From Alphaproteobacteria bacterium (GTDB lineage: Bacteria > Pseudomonadota > Alphaproteobacteria > Bin95), in NCBI GenBank assembly GCA_965200785.1, contig CBDAVA010000002.1:291366-355365 (forward strand): a stretch of DNA of 64,000 bases, given 5' to 3'. Positions within the stretch are counted from its first letter, which is position 1; every line of letters begins with the position of its first letter. The notes beneath the pieces were generated by a model, which had not been told where the DNA came from, did no database searches, and worked only from the letters and a program-made list of their open reading frames with translations. The position numbers were made by a program, and so were the translations under genes. Below are positions 63,214 to 64,000 of this stretch, one piece after another.

Positions 63214-63617
63214 CAGCCTCCGATCTTTCCGCAGGGCCGAAACAGCGGAGGATGGACCCCGGCTCTCCGCTGCGCTCCGGCCGGGGTGACGAAAGGGAGG
63301 CGATACAAGCGGCGCGGCACGGAGGCGGGGGCGACAGGAGAGCGCGGGGGTGACAGGGGAGAGCGGGGCCTCCGTGCAGGCACTGTCCTTGCCTGCCGCC
63401 CGCGACACGGGTTGCATCAATCGACTGCGGACAAGAAGCCGAATGTGAAACGGAGGCACGACCCGGCGGGCGGCTGCGCGCAACGCCTTACTTCCCATTC
63501 CGCAAGCGCCTCCGCAAGACGGCGCATATGAGCCCGGCCGTGCGGCGCAGACCGCGCCCCGCTGCCGGCAATGCCTGCCATTGATGCAAACCAGGAGACT
63601 GGCTGAACGGCGGCGCC

Positions 63618-64000
63618 TCAGATGCGCGTCGAGAGCGCGATGGCGAGCTTGGAGGCTGTGTTGACGGCGCGGTAGAGCACGCCGTATGCCGGCGCCGCCT
63701 CGGCGCCGGCGGCGAGCGCCGTATCGCGGTGTTCCAGTTCCTCGGCGCGGAACTGCTCGATCGCGGCGGCCAGTTTCGGCTCCTCGCCGCCAAGCGCCTT
63801 CAGCTGGCCGGCATAATGCTCGTCGATGGCCTCCTCGACAGCGACCGTGCAGGCCATGGCGGCGCGCTTGCCCATGGCGGCCGTCGCCGCGCCGAGCGCG
63901 AAGCCGGCCAGATGCCAGAGCGGCTGCAAGGCTGTTGGGCGCACCCGCCTGGCGGCGATCTCAGCCTCGAAGAAGGCCAGATGACGCGCCTCCTGCCGGG
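63618..64000 (-). CDS. coq7: demethoxyubiquinone hydroxylase (COQ7 family), 5' end beyond the right edge
   Basis: The reading frame is open to the window end: ...RQEARHLAFFEAEIAARRVRPTALQPLWHLAGFALGAATAAMGKRAAMACTVAVEEAIDEHYAGQL...EELEHRD. The di-iron carboxylate EXXH motifs are visible. Confidence 0.85.
   Translation of the reverse strand, partial: RQEARHLAFFEAEIAARRVRPTALQPLWHLAGFALGAATAAMGKRAAMACTVAVEEAIDEHYAGQLKALGGEEPKLAAAIEQFRAEELEHRDTALAAGAEAAPAYGVLYRAVNTASKLAIALSTRI

Larger units (their letters stand above)
62590..63480. repeat. composite intergenic repeat: two ~410-bp direct units plus the start of a third
   Basis: 62601-62680 (CCCGGCGGCCGGT..GTTTGAC..TCGCGTTCCTCTGGCAGATTGAGCCAGGGGCTTGAGAGGCCC.GCCCTCCG) recurs at 63011-63090, offset 409. 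The tail segment GTCGCCCCGGCCTTGAGCCG.GGCCCAGCCTCCGATC.TTCCGCAG.GCCGAAAC.GC.GA..ATGGACCCCGGCTCTCCGCT.TGCTCCG.CCGGGGTGACGAAAGGGAGGCGATACAAGCGGCGCGGCAC is present in both units. GAGGCACGACCCGGCGG recurs at 63003 and 63454. Confidence 0.85.

Noticed and set aside
62651-63383. ORFs inside the repeat (141 aa and 97 aa on the plus strand, 166 aa on the minus strand)
   Set aside because: All are Pro/Arg/Gly low-complexity translations of the repeat units. The starts are TTG with no SD, and the 20-nt periodicity is incompatible with selection on one reading frame.

Overview
High-GC (by eye about two-thirds G+C), gene-dense proteobacterial segment, alphaproteobacterium-like in gene content. I call about 57 intact or near-intact CDS and saw no rRNA, tRNA or CRISPR array. 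All calls come from reading the ORF-track proteins and the DNA by eye; no homology search or statistics were run.

Layout:
- 1-13.3 kb: a hydantoinase/oxoprolinase-type catabolic cluster (hyuA-hyuB-SDR-hyuA') divergent from an SDR plus a Dpp/Opp-type ABC importer.
- 13.3-36.4 kb: a mosaic accessory stretch broken up by four mobile-element relics (two IS5-family fragments, one tyrosine-integrase C-terminal fragment, one IS1380-family fragment), two gene relics and one frameshift. It carries an uncharacterised BtpA/PRTase/2OG-oxygenase/deacetylase cassette, a PotABCD-like importer, a LuxR plus Urt/Fmd-like ABC plus amidase module, a TRAP transporter, and an isolated 809-aa protein with a Cys-less FGE/SUMF1-like C-terminal domain and an unrecognisable N-terminal 530 aa.
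- 36.4-64 kb: core-like genes (TTC38-like, thiolase, ilvE, OmpR/EnvZ-type pair, serine hydrolase, nlpD-like, pcm, serS, SDR, RsbW-like kinase, TctC, DapA-like, phaZ, MFS, SH3, PrpD-like, UxaA-like, OMP, NTF2-like, an orphan Dam-family methyltransferase, livFGMHK, partial coq7).

I found no recognisable complete defence or novel system. The most unusual items:
- the FGE-like island gene (33841-36270);
- the four-gene BtpA/PRTase/2OG/deacetylase cassette (13591-17286);
- a perfect 42-bp AT-cored palindrome 90 bp upstream of the amidase operon (28766-28807);
- a 1.1-kb intergenic composite repeat containing 20-bp tandem arrays (62590-63480);
- a 1-nt frameshift that cuts the Tat signal peptide off an ABC binding protein (about 17440).
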